Below, piece after piece: positions 39,906 through 49,302 of a DNA stretch of 64,000 bases. Position 1 is the first letter of the stretch; every line of letters starts with the position of its first letter. Location of the stretch: the NCBI GenBank assembly GCA_945787845.1, contig CALZJH010000009.1:35208-99207 (forward strand). Reading direction: 5' to 3'. The DNA is from an uncultured Woeseiaceae bacterium. Its GTDB lineage: Bacteria; Pseudomonadota; Gammaproteobacteria; Steroidobacterales; Woeseiaceae. Below the pieces are notes generated by a model. The model did no database searches. It was not told the DNA's origin and saw nothing but the letters and a program-made list of their open reading frames with translations. A program made the position numbers and the translations under genes.

Positions 39906-40898
39906 GTGAGGCGTATTCTGGCGCGCATGCGCAGGATATTGCTCACGGCGATGCTCCTTTTCGGCTGCCCGCTGCCGGCTGCAGCGGAGGCCCCGATCTC
40001 CGATGCGTTTCCCCTCCGCAATCACAATCCGTTTCTGCAGGTGTACGGATTACCCACGTTCCAGACACACGAACTCGTCGCCGAGGGAAAGATCGACGTC
40101 GGTTTGAGCTACGACGTTGCCAATGATGCGGATGACGCGGATCGCCTCGGCGAGCGGCTGATCATCGACGCCGAGAGCCAGGTACTGAATCTCTCGATCC
40201 GCCGCAGGTTTGGCGAACGATTCGAGTTCGGCATTGACGTACCCTGGGTGCGCCACTCGGGAGGGTACCTGGACAGCGTGATTTTTAATTTTCACGATCT
40301 CGTCGGGCTGCCGAACTCCAATCGTGACGGCCCGGATGATCAGTACCGCCTCTTTTTTGAACAGCAGGGTACCGTGCTCTTTGATACCGACGTGCCAACC
40401 TCGGGCATCGGGGACGTACAGGTGACCGCAGCCATGGACCTCGGCAAGGCCACGCTGCGCGCCGGTATCAAGGTGCCGACCGGCGACCCTGATGAGCTGA
40501 CCGGAAGCGGCGCGGCCGATGTTTCCCTGGGACTCCATGGCGGAAGCACGGCATCCCTGTTCAGGCGCGAACTGGCGTACTCGGGATTTCTCGGTGTACT
40601 GGTGCTCGGCGACGGCGATATTATGCCGGCCCTGCAGCGGAGTGCCGTGCCGTATGCTGGCGCCGCGCTCAGGTGGCAAGCGACGACACGAATGGCACTG
40701 GCAACGCAGCTGTACGTCCAGGGGCCTTATTTCGACGCCGCGCTCGACGAACTCGGCGGTAACACCTTTCAACTCTCGTTCGGCGCAGATTTTCGTTTGC
40801 GAGGCTCGTTCCTGCGACTGGCAATTGTCGAAGACATCGCTGCCGCCGCCGCACCTGATTTCGCCCTGCACCTGTCGTTCCGTAGTTTCGGCGGCTGA
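39906..40898 (+). CDS. DUF3187-like outer-membrane (beta-barrel) protein
   Basis: A signal peptide is followed by FPLRNHNPFLQVYGLP. The sequence has alternating-hydrophobicity strands and a C-terminal aromatic residue (LSFRSFGG). The family was recalled from memory and the start could instead be 39927. Confidence 0.5.
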   Translation: MRRILARMRRILLTAMLLFGCPLPAAAEAPISDAFPLRNHNPFLQVYGLPTFQTHELVAEGKIDVGLSYDVANDADDADRLGERLIIDAESQVLNLSIRRRFGERFEFGIDVPWVRHSGGYLDSVIFNFHDLVGLPNSNRDGPDDQYRLFFEQQGTVLFDTDVPTSGIGDVQVTAAMDLGKATLRAGIKVPTGDPDELTGSGAADVSLGLHGGSTASLFRRELAYSGFLGVLVLGDGDIMPALQRSAVPYAGAALRWQATTRMALATQLYVQGPYFDAALDELGGNTFQLSFGADFRLRGSFLRLAIVEDIAAAAAPDFALHLSFRSFGG

Positions 40899-40940
40899 TT
40901 TCCGGTTACACTCGGGCCCAGACAATTTCGAGGGCTCCTC

Positions 40941-42254
40941 ATGATCAAACGCGCCATCTGCCTGCTGGCAGTCCTGTTTTCGTTGCCGGCCCTTGCCAGC
41001 GAACTCAGCGAAAGTATCCAGACGGATTATGACGAGCATCTCGGGGCACTCTTCGATCACTTCCATCGCTATCCCGAATTGTCGACCGTTGAGACGGAAA
41101 CGGCACGCCGCATGGCGCTGGAGCTTAGCCTGGCCGGTTTCGATGTCACCGAGGGCGTCGGCGGTACCGGTGTTGTAGCGATGATGGAGAACGGTGATGG
41201 CCCCCTGGTCATGATGCGTGCCGACATGGATGGCCTGCCGGTCGAGGAAAAGTCGGGCCTGGCGAACGCCTCTCGTGCCAAACAAAAAGATCCGATCACG
41301 GGTAACGACGTGTTTGTCATGCATGCCTGCGGGCACGATGTGCATATCACGAGCCTTGTCGGCACTGCCCGGCACATGGCGGCGCATCGGGATGCATGGA
41401 CCGGCACGCTGATGCTGGTGGTCCAGCCTGCCGAAGAGCGCGTTCTGGGCGCCCGCGCCATGCGCGACGACGAAATCTGGGAGCGTTTCGGCAAGCCGGA
41501 CTATGCGCTCGCGTTTCACGTCTCGTCATCGGGCACGGCCGGTGTGATCAATGTCCAGGAAGGCAGCCCGTACGCGGGCGCCGATACGGTCGACATCATC
41601 ATTCACGGCGTTGGCGCCCACGGTGCGAGCCCGCACCGCGGCAAGGATCCGATTGTCCTGGGGAGCCAGATCGTGCTCGCGTTGCAGACCCTTGTCTCGC
41701 GCGAGTTGTCGCCGCGCGACCCGGGTGTCGTGACGGTCGGGTCGTTCCACTCCGGAACCAAGCACAACATCATTTCAGATCGTGCGCATCTGCAGCTGAC
41801 CGTGCGCAATACCAGCGAAGCAACACGCCAGATACTGCTGGACGGCATCGTACGCATCGCTGAGAACATGGGACGCGTCGCGGGCCTGCCTGAGGACAGG
41901 CTTCCCGAAGTCATCATCTCAAACGAGAGCGTGCCGCCCGTTGTCAACGATGCGCCGCTGGTACGCCGCCTGCGCGCCGCCTGGATCGACGGCATGGGCG
42001 AAGCTTCGGTCGTTGATATACCGACCAAGGGCATGGGTGCCGAGGACTTCCCGTTCTTCACGCAGGACCCCGAGATTTCGAGCGTGTACTGGGCTGTTGG
42101 CGGTACGCCACAGGAGGACTTCGATACGGAAGCCGCAGGCGGGCCGCCGGTCCCGAGTCATCATTCGCCGTTGTTCAAGATCTCGCCCGAGCCGTCAGTG
42201 ACGGCGGGGGTCGAGTCGACGGTGCTGGCCCTGAAAACCCTGATGCAGGAGTAG
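40941..42254 (+). CDS. M20D-family amidohydrolase (hippurate hydrolase/aminoacylase-like), secreted
   Basis: A signal peptide is followed by RADMDGLPV, MHACGHDVH and the GAEDFPFF motifs. Confidence 0.85.
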   Translation: MIKRAICLLAVLFSLPALASELSESIQTDYDEHLGALFDHFHRYPELSTVETETARRMALELSLAGFDVTEGVGGTGVVAMMENGDGPLVMMRADMDGLPVEEKSGLANASRAKQKDPITGNDVFVMHACGHDVHITSLVGTARHMAAHRDAWTGTLMLVVQPAEERVLGARAMRDDEIWERFGKPDYALAFHVSSSGTAGVINVQEGSPYAGADTVDIIIHGVGAHGASPHRGKDPIVLGSQIVLALQTLVSRELSPRDPGVVTVGSFHSGTKHNIISDRAHLQLTVRNTSEATRQILLDGIVRIAENMGRVAGLPEDRLPEVIISNESVPPVVNDAPLVRRLRAAWIDGMGEASVVDIPTKGMGAEDFPFFTQDPEISSVYWAVGGTPQEDFDTEAAGGPPVPSHHSPLFKISPEPSVTAGVESTVLALKTLMQE

Positions 42255-42260
42255 AGCGCG

Positions 42261-42515
42261 TCAGTCGTCGTCGACTTCGAATTCCTCGAGGTCTTCGCTG
42301 CCCGCACTCTTGAGCAGTATCTCGACCTTTTGCTCGGCGTCGCGTAGCGCGGTCTGGCAGCCACGGGTCAGCTTGATGCCTTCCTCGAATTTCTTCATGG
42401 CCTTCTCGAGCGGCAGGTCGCCGGACTCGAGTTCGTCGACCAGTTCTTCGAGGTCGGCGAGTGATTTTTCGAGGTTGAATTTCTTGGAAGAGCTCATCAT
42501 CGATCCTGGATTCAC
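42261..42515 (-). CDS. xseB: Exodeoxyribonuclease VII small subunit
   Basis: The 84-aa protein contains FEKSLADLEELVDELESGDLPLEKAMKKFEEGIKL. Confidence 0.9.
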   Translation of the reverse strand: MNPGSMMSSSKKFNLEKSLADLEELVDELESGDLPLEKAMKKFEEGIKLTRGCQTALRDAEQKVEILLKSAGSEDLEEFEVDDD

Positions 42516-42575
42516 GCTGCGTGGCTAAGCTACAGCGAGGCTCATCGGAGGTCAACGCGTCAGGGACACCCACAA

Positions 42576-42604
42576 TTGACATGTTGTGCCCGGATTCATA
42601 CAGT
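42576..42604 (+). promoter_or_regulatory. Candidate sigma70 promoter of the rubrerythrin operon
   Basis: TTGACA (42576-42581), a 17-nt spacer and TACAGT (42599-42604) lie about 70 nt upstream of the rubrerythrin ATG. The AT-rich dyad TTAGAATCAATCTAATTAG follows at 42615-42633. Confidence 0.4.
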
Positions 42605-42672
42605 AGCTCCTCGGTTAGAATCAATCTAATTAGCAACCCAGACTCCCTGGTGCTCACTCGAGAGGAAGAAAA

Positions 42673-43092
42673 ATGTCCCTGAAAGGCAGCAAAACCGAAG
42701 GAAACCTGAAAGACGCATTTGCCGGTGAATCCCAGGCAAACCGCCGCTACCTGTATTTCGCAGCCAAAGCCGACGTTGAAGGCTACAACGATGTCGCCGC
42801 TGTTTTCCGTTCCACCGCCGAAGGCGAGACCGGACACGCGCACGGGCATCTCGAGTATCTTGAGGAGACCGGCGACCCGGCCACGGGCCTGCCGATCGGC
42901 TCGACTGCCGAGAACCTGGCCGCAGCGATCGCCGGCGAGACGCATGAGTACACCGACATGTATCCGGGCATGGCCAAGACCGCGCGCGATGAGGACTTCG
43001 ACGAGATTGCGGACTGGTTCGAGACGCTGGCCAAGGCCGAGCGTTCGCACGCCAATCGCTTCCAGAAAGCACTGGATACACTCGACGACTAA
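42673..43092 (+). CDS. Rubrerythrin-family (ferritin-like diiron) protein without rubredoxin domain
   Basis: [33 protein letters not shown] and [13 protein letters not shown], then [10 protein letters not shown], give the paired E/ExxH diiron motifs. Confidence 0.85.
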   Translation: MSLKGSKTEGNLKDAFAGESQANRRYLYFAAKADVEGYNDVAAVFRSTAEGETGHAHGHLEYLEETGDPATGLPIGSTAENLAAAIAGETHEYTDMYPGMAKTARDEDFDEIADWFETLAKAERSHANRFQKALDTLDD

Positions 43093-43134
43093 AACTTGCG
43101 GAGAGCCGGGTCGCAAGGCCCGGCTTCCAGCCTC

Positions 43135-44472
43135 ATGAGCGAATCACGACGCGAGGGTAGCCTCGAGGCGCCGACGCGCCATCCCCTGGACTGGCGTTCC
43201 GACGAATTCTACGACGACCAGGCCCTGTTCGATGAACTCGAACGGGTGTTCGACATCTGTCACGGTTGTCGCCGCTGTTTCAATCTCTGTCATTCCTTTC
43301 CGACCTTGTTCGACCTCGTCGATGAGTCCGACACCATGGAAGTGGACGGTGTCGCCAAGGACGACTACTGGCAGGTCGTTGACCACTGTTACCTCTGTGA
43401 CATGTGCTACATGACCAAGTGCCCGTACGTGCCTCCGCACGAGTGGAATGTGGATTTTCCGCACCTCATGCTGCGTGCCAAGGCAGCGCGCTTCAGGAAA
43501 GAAGGCGCATCCACACGCGACAAGATTCTTAGCGCTACCGACAAGGTTGGCAAGCTGGCGGGCATTCCCGTCGTGGTGAATGCCGTCAACGCGGTCAATC
43601 GCAGCAAGTCGGGACGTAAACTCCTCGAGAAAACACTCGGCGTGCACAGGGATGCGCCGGTTCCCGAATACCATGCGAAGACCGCGCGCAAACGCCTGAA
43701 AGGACTCGGCGAGAGCGGGGCTGTGGCGGGACAGTCCACAGCATCGACGCGTGGCAAGGTCGCGCTGTTCACAACCTGTTACTGCAATCGCAACCACCCG
43801 GGCGTCAACGAAGACCTCGTCGCGGTATTTGAACACAATGACATCGCCGTGCGGCTTGCCAGCAAGGAAGTTTGCTGCGGCATGCCCAAGCTCGAACTGG
43901 GCGATCTCGAAGCTGTTGCCAAGGCCAAGGAAAGCAATATTCCCGTGCTTGCGAAGCTGGTCGATGAAGGCTGGGACATCGTGACGCCGATCCCCTCATG
44001 CACGCTGATGTTCAAGCAGGAACTCCCGCTCATGTTCCCCGACGATGCGGTTGTAACAAAGGTCCGCGACGCGATGTACGATCCGTTCGAGTACCTGATG
44101 CTGCGACACAAGGATGGCAAACTCAAAACGGAATTCTCGTCCTCGCTGGGCAAGGTGACTTACCAGGTGCCTTGCCACCTGCGTGTGCAGAATATCGGCC
44201 TGAAGACCCGCGATATGCTGCAGCTGGTTCCTGACACGAGCGTCGACGTGATCGAGCGCTGTTCGGGGCATGACGGCACGTATGCCGTCAAGAAAGAGTT
44301 TCACGACATATCGAAGAAAATCGCGCGCCCCGTCGTCAATAAGCTCAAGAAGGGCGAGGCGGACCACTTCACAAGCGACTGTCCCATGGCGGCGGAGCAA
44401 ATCGTGCAGGACCTTGACGATCATGCCGCTAATAACCCAATGGGCCTGTTGCGCAAGGCATACGGAATCTGA
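43135..44472 (+). CDS. HdrD/GlpC-like Fe-S oxidoreductase (two 4Fe-4S motifs + two CCG domains)
   Basis: CHGCRRCFNLC and CYLCDMCYMTKCP are ferredoxin-type clusters. CCG-type cysteine motifs are TCYCNRN...VCCG and VPCH...RCSGHDG. The start was set at the ATG at 43135, after an intercistronic hairpin (43104-43125). Confidence 0.8.
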   Translation: MSESRREGSLEAPTRHPLDWRSDEFYDDQALFDELERVFDICHGCRRCFNLCHSFPTLFDLVDESDTMEVDGVAKDDYWQVVDHCYLCDMCYMTKCPYVPPHEWNVDFPHLMLRAKAARFRKEGASTRDKILSATDKVGKLAGIPVVVNAVNAVNRSKSGRKLLEKTLGVHRDAPVPEYHAKTARKRLKGLGESGAVAGQSTASTRGKVALFTTCYCNRNHPGVNEDLVAVFEHNDIAVRLASKEVCCGMPKLELGDLEAVAKAKESNIPVLAKLVDEGWDIVTPIPSCTLMFKQELPLMFPDDAVVTKVRDAMYDPFEYLMLRHKDGKLKTEFSSSLGKVTYQVPCHLRVQNIGLKTRDMLQLVPDTSVDVIERCSGHDGTYAVKKEFHDISKKIARPVVNKLKKGEADHFTSDCPMAAEQIVQDLDDHAANNPMGLLRKAYGI

Positions 44473-45056
44473 TGCAAAAACTATCCCGGGAAGACCTTTT
44501 CAGCCTCGAGAACTATGCCGAGGCACGTTCGGCGTTTCGCGATAAAGTGCTGGAGCATAAAAAGAATCGCCGCCTCGACCTTGGTACCAACGCAGCCCTC
44601 TATTTCGAGGACCGCCTGACCATGCAATACCAGGTTCAGGAGATGCTGCGGATCGAGAAGATCTTCGAGGCGGACGGTATCAGGGAGGAACTTGACGCTT
44701 ACAACCCGCTGATCCCCGACGGCAGCAACTGGAAAGCGACCTTCATGATCGAGTTTCCTGATGTGGAAGAGCGTCAGCAAATGCTTGCCCGGCTCGTTGG
44801 GATCGAGGATCGCGTGTTCGTGCACGTGGCGGACTTCGATCGTGTGTACGCCATTGCAGATGAAGACCTCGAGCGCGCTGACGAAGGCAAGACGTCTGCC
44901 GTGCATTTCCTGCGCTTCGAGTTGCCACCCGAACAGGTTGCGTCGCTAAAGAACGGCGCGGCGCTTGTCGCGGGCATCGATCACGATAACTATCGCGTGG
45001 AAATCAGCTCGGTTCCTGCCAATATTCGCGAATCTCTCGTCAACGATCTCGATTAA
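44472..45056 (+). CDS. DUF3501-like protein
   Basis: The protein is 194 aa and its start overlaps the upstream stop (TGATG). I recall the sequence pattern and the position after rubrerythrin and an Hdr-like gene as typical of DUF3501. Confidence 0.6.
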   Translation: MQKLSREDLFSLENYAEARSAFRDKVLEHKKNRRLDLGTNAALYFEDRLTMQYQVQEMLRIEKIFEADGIREELDAYNPLIPDGSNWKATFMIEFPDVEERQQMLARLVGIEDRVFVHVADFDRVYAIADEDLERADEGKTSAVHFLRFELPPEQVASLKNGAALVAGIDHDNYRVEISSVPANIRESLVNDLD

Positions 45057-45110
45057 CGCTAGAATTCTGCCGGGCACTCTCTGGCAACCTCAAATCTTGC
45101 ACTCTAATCG

Positions 45111-46997
45111 ATGACTAAACGTTACGATGCTGCGGACATCGAAGTCCTCAGCGGACTCGAGCCTGTCCGGCGCCGACCGGGCATGTACACCGACACCACG
45201 CGGCCGAATCACCTGGCGCATGAGGTGGTCGATAACTCTGTCGATGAAGCGCTTGCGGGACATTGCAAGAAGATCGACGTCACGATCTACAAGGATGGTT
45301 CGGTGGAGGTCAGTGACGACGGCCGCGGCATGCCCGTCGACAAGCATCCGAAAGAAAAGATCCCGGGTGTCGAACTGATCCTTACGCGCCTGCATGCGGG
45401 CGGCAAGTTCTCGAACGAGAACTACCAGTATTCGGGCGGCCTGCACGGGGTTGGTGTCTCGGTCGTCAACGCGTTGTCAAAGAACCTCGAGGTGTGGATT
45501 CGCCGCGGCGGGAAGGAATACAACATGTCCTTCGCCGGCGGCAAAAAGCGCGGCAAGCTCGAAGTTGTTGGCAAGGTCGGCAAAGCCAATACCGGCACTA
45601 CGATCCGCTTCTGGCCCGACAAACAGTATTTCGATACGACGAAAATATCCGTCAAGAGCCTGAAACACGCGCTCAAGGCCAAGGCCGTCCTCTGTCCCGG
45701 GCTGAAAGTCAGCCTGAAAGTCGAACAGCCCAAGGAAAAGATCGAGTGGCAGTACGAGGGCGGACTTGAGCAATACCTGCTGGAGGAAATTGGCGGCGGC
45801 GAAACGCTGCCCGCCGAGCCGTTTTCGGGCAGCCTGAAGGGCAATAACGAAGCCGTCGACTGGGCGCTCGTCTGGACGACCGATGGCGGCCCCTCGGTGA
45901 CCGAGAGCTACGTCAACCTGATTCCGACGCCGCAGGGTGGCACCCACGTGAACGGCCTGCGTACCGGATTGACGAATTCAATACGCGAGTTCTGCGACTT
46001 CAGGAACCTGCTGCCTCGCGGCGTGGCGATCGCGCCCGAGGATGTCTGGGATGGGCTGAGTTTTGTGCTGAGTACCAAGCTTGAGGATCCGCAGTTCTCC
46101 GGACAGACCAAAGAGCGGCTGTCGTCGCGAGAATCTGCCGCCTTTGTCGCCGGCGTGATCAAGGATAATTTCTCGCTCTGGCTGAACCAGCATCCGGAAA
46201 CGGGCGATCTGATTGCGCAGCTGGCGATTACGAAGGCGCAAAAGCGCCTGAAGTCGGCCAAGAAAGTCGTTCGAAAGAAGATTGTTTCGGGTCCGGCGCT
46301 GCCGGGCAAGCTGGCGGACTGCACCTCACAGGAGCCCGAGCTCTGCGAGCTGTTTCTCGTCGAGGGTGACTCGGCCGGTGGTTCGGCCAAACAGGCGCGC
46401 GATCGCAACACGCAGGCGATCATGCCGCTGCGCGGCAAGATCCTGAATACCTGGGAAGTCGATACGGCAGAGATCCTCGCGTCGGCGGAGGTTCACGACA
46501 TCTCGGTTGCGCTCGGTGTCGACCCCGGATCCGATGACATCAGTGGCCTGCGCTATCACAAGGTTTGCATCCTTGCGGATGCCGATTCGGACGGCCTCCA
46601 CATCGCGACCCTGTTATGCGCGCTGTTCCTGCGACACTTCCGCGAACTGATTCTCGCTGGACACGTCTACGTTGCGATGCCGCCGCTGTACCGCATCGAT
46701 GTCGGCAAGGAAGTGTCCTACGCGCTTGATGAGGGCGAGCGCAAGGGCATTCTCGATCGTATCGAGGCCGAGAAAAAAAAGGGCAAGGTCACGGTCACGC
46801 GTTTCAAAGGCCTCGGCGAGATGGATCCCGAGCAGCTGCGCGAAACGACGATGAATCGCGATACGCGCCGCCTCGTGCAGCTCACAATCAGCGGGCGAGA
46901 CAAGACCGATCAGCTCATGGATATGCTGCTCGCCAAGAAACGTTCCAAGGACCGCCGCACCTGGCTCGAAACCAAGGGCAACCTGGCGGAGGTATGA
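45111..46997 (+). CDS. parE: DNA topoisomerase IV subunit B
   Basis: The 628-aa protein lacks the GyrB-specific insertion. It has the GHKL N-terminus, the EGDSAGG and PLRGKILN Toprim motifs, and is followed by parC. Confidence 0.92.
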   Translation: MTKRYDAADIEVLSGLEPVRRRPGMYTDTTRPNHLAHEVVDNSVDEALAGHCKKIDVTIYKDGSVEVSDDGRGMPVDKHPKEKIPGVELILTRLHAGGKFSNENYQYSGGLHGVGVSVVNALSKNLEVWIRRGGKEYNMSFAGGKKRGKLEVVGKVGKANTGTTIRFWPDKQYFDTTKISVKSLKHALKAKAVLCPGLKVSLKVEQPKEKIEWQYEGGLEQYLLEEIGGGETLPAEPFSGSLKGNNEAVDWALVWTTDGGPSVTESYVNLIPTPQGGTHVNGLRTGLTNSIREFCDFRNLLPRGVAIAPEDVWDGLSFVLSTKLEDPQFSGQTKERLSSRESAAFVAGVIKDNFSLWLNQHPETGDLIAQLAITKAQKRLKSAKKVVRKKIVSGPALPGKLADCTSQEPELCELFLVEGDSAGGSAKQARDRNTQAIMPLRGKILNTWEVDTAEILASAEVHDISVALGVDPGSDDISGLRYHKVCILADADSDGLHIATLLCALFLRHFRELILAGHVYVAMPPLYRIDVGKEVSYALDEGERKGILDRIEAEKKKGKVTVTRFKGLGEMDPEQLRETTMNRDTRRLVQLTISGRDKTDQLMDMLLAKKRSKDRRTWLETKGNLAEV

Positions 46998-46998
46998 G

Positions 46999-49248
46999 AT
47001 GACAACGATGCAGAATTCACTGAACCTCGAAGGCGTCGAGCAACAGCCGCTCAAAGAATACACCGAGCGCGCGTACCTCGATTACTCGATGTACGTCATC
47101 CTCGACCGCGCTCTGCCGCAGATTGGTGACGGGCTGAAACCCGTGCAGCGCCGCATAATTTACGCAATGAGCGAGCTCGGGCTCTCCGCCTCGTCGAAGC
47201 CGAAGAAATCGGCGCGTACCGTCGGCGATGTCATCGGCAAGTTTCACCCACACGGTGATTCGGCCTGTTACGAAGCCATGGTACTCATGGCACAGAGTTT
47301 CTCGTACCGCTATCCCATCGTCATCGGCCAGGGCAACTGGGGCTCGACCGACGATCCCAAGTCTTTCGCTGCAATGCGCTACACCGAATCGCGCCTGGCG
47401 CCGTACGCCAAGAGCCTGCTGCAGGAACTGGGACATGGAACGGTCGACTGGACGCCCAACTTCGACGGGACGCTCAAGGAGCCCGTCGTATTGCCGGCGC
47501 GCCTGCCGAACCTGCTGCTCAACGGCACGACGGGTATCGCGGTCGGAATGTCGACCGATGTGCCGCCGCACAACCTCAATGAAGTCACGAGTGCGCTTGT
47601 GCACCTGATCGACAATCCGAAAGCAACCGTCGCTCAGCTCATGAAGCACATCAAGGGGCCGGACTTCCCGACCGGTGGCGAACTGGTATCGTCCCAGGAC
47701 GACATCCGCGAGATCTACGCCACCGGTAACGGTACGTTGCGGCTGCGTGCGTCGTACAAGATGGAAGGCACCGACATCGTGATCACGTCGCTGCCGCACC
47801 AGATCTCGGGGGCCAAGATTCAGGAGCAAATTGCCGCGCAGATGCGTGCGAAGAAATTGCCCCAGGTTGACGACCTGCGTGATGAGTCGGACCACGAGGA
47901 GCCCACGCGCATCGTTATCAGCAAGAAGCGCGGTGTGGATGTCGACCAGCTCATGTCGCACCTGTTTTCGACGACCTCGCTCGAGCGCACGCTGCGCGTG
48001 AATATGAACATCATCGGCCTCGACGGACGGCCGCGCATGTTCGACCTGGTCGGGCTGCTCAAGGAGTGGCTGACGTTTCGCAAGGAGACCGTCAAGAATC
48101 GTCTTGGCCACCGTCTGCAAATCGTCAACGACCGCCTGCACATCCTGGATGGCCTGCTCGTCGCCTACCTCAACATCGACGAGGTCATCGCGATCATCAG
48201 GGAGGAGGATGAGCCCAAGCCGGTTCTCATGAAACGCTTCAAGCTGTCCGATATCCAGGCCGAAGCAATCCTCAATCTCCGTCTGCGCAACCTGGCCAAG
48301 CTCGAGGAGTTCAAGATCAAGGGCGAACAGGACGAGCTCCAGGAGGAGCGCGACCTGCTCGAGAAAACGCTCAAGAGCGCGGCGCGCCTGAAGACGCTGA
48401 TCAAGAAAGAGATTCTCGTAGATGCCGAGGCTTACGGCGACGATCGTCGTACCGAGATCATCGAGCGGGAAGCAGCCCAGGCGTTGGATGAGACGCAACT
48501 GGTTGCGAGCGAACCGGTGACCGTTGTCCTGTCGCAGGCGGGCTATGCACGAGCGGCGAAAGGTCACGAGATCGATCCAGCGACCCTGAACTACCGATCC
48601 GGAGACACGTACCTGGCGTCGGCACAGGGGCGGAGCAACCAGCTGGCGATGTTCGTCGACAGTACCGGCCGTGTTTACAGCGTGATAGCCGGTACCTTGC
48701 CGTCGGCACGAGGGCAGGGCGAGCCGCTGTCGAGCCGCTTCAAGCCGCCCGACGGCGCCGCATTCTGCGGTGCAATGATTGGCGACAATGAGCAGAAGTA
48801 CTTGCTGGCAAGCGACGCAGGCTACGGCTTCATCGCTACGCTAAGTGACCTCGTGTCGCGCAACAAGGCCGGCAAAGCGGTCCTGCGCGTACCGGCGGGC
48901 GGCAAGGCTGTGGTACCGGCGCCGGTGCCAGGGGACAAGGAATGCCTGATCGCTGCCGTGAGTTCGATTGGGCGCCTGTTGTTGTTCGAGATGGAGGAGT
49001 TACCCGAGCTGGCCAAAGGCAAGGGCAATAAGCTGATCAATATTCCTGGACCCAAGTACAAGAGTGGCGAAGAGAAGATGGTCGCCGCTGCCGTGGTGCC
49101 TGAGGATGGCCACCTCGAGGTCTATACCGGAACACGTAAAATGACGATCAAATGGAACGACCTCGATGACTACTACGGTGACCGGGCGTTGCGCGGAGCG
49201 CTGCTGCCCAAGGGCTGGCGCAAAGTCGAACGGCTGGCGGGCGTCTAA
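46999..49248 (+). CDS. parC: DNA topoisomerase IV subunit A
   Basis: The 749-aa protein carries [10 protein letters not shown] and the active-site AAMRYTE. It is shorter than GyrA. Confidence 0.92.
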   Translation: MTTMQNSLNLEGVEQQPLKEYTERAYLDYSMYVILDRALPQIGDGLKPVQRRIIYAMSELGLSASSKPKKSARTVGDVIGKFHPHGDSACYEAMVLMAQSFSYRYPIVIGQGNWGSTDDPKSFAAMRYTESRLAPYAKSLLQELGHGTVDWTPNFDGTLKEPVVLPARLPNLLLNGTTGIAVGMSTDVPPHNLNEVTSALVHLIDNPKATVAQLMKHIKGPDFPTGGELVSSQDDIREIYATGNGTLRLRASYKMEGTDIVITSLPHQISGAKIQEQIAAQMRAKKLPQVDDLRDESDHEEPTRIVISKKRGVDVDQLMSHLFSTTSLERTLRVNMNIIGLDGRPRMFDLVGLLKEWLTFRKETVKNRLGHRLQIVNDRLHILDGLLVAYLNIDEVIAIIREEDEPKPVLMKRFKLSDIQAEAILNLRLRNLAKLEEFKIKGEQDELQEERDLLEKTLKSAARLKTLIKKEILVDAEAYGDDRRTEIIEREAAQALDETQLVASEPVTVVLSQAGYARAAKGHEIDPATLNYRSGDTYLASAQGRSNQLAMFVDSTGRVYSVIAGTLPSARGQGEPLSSRFKPPDGAAFCGAMIGDNEQKYLLASDAGYGFIATLSDLVSRNKAGKAVLRVPAGGKAVVPAPVPGDKECLIAAVSSIGRLLLFEMEELPELAKGKGNKLINIPGPKYKSGEEKMVAAAVVPEDGHLEVYTGTRKMTIKWNDLDDYYGDRALRGALLPKGWRKVERLAGV

Positions 49249-49277
49249 AAAAAAGACCCCGGCGTTTAGCCAGGGTC
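49247..49277 (-). terminator. Rho-independent terminator for the minus-strand FimV-paralog gene
   Basis: On the minus strand GACCCTGGC-TAAAC-GCCGGGGTC is followed by a T8 run, 26 nt after the stop at 49303. Confidence 0.55.
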
Positions 49278-49302
49278 GTAAACAGTCGGGCTGGCAGTGC
49301 GT

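Noticed and set aside
40050-41519. 489-aa minus-strand ORF spanning the DUF3187-like and M20 amidohydrolase genes
   Set aside because: It crosses an intergenic region and two well-supported plus-strand genes. The product is Arg-rich with no domain signature.
47017-48567. 516-aa ORF antisense to parC
   Set aside because: It is a shadow of the parC frame with no motifs.
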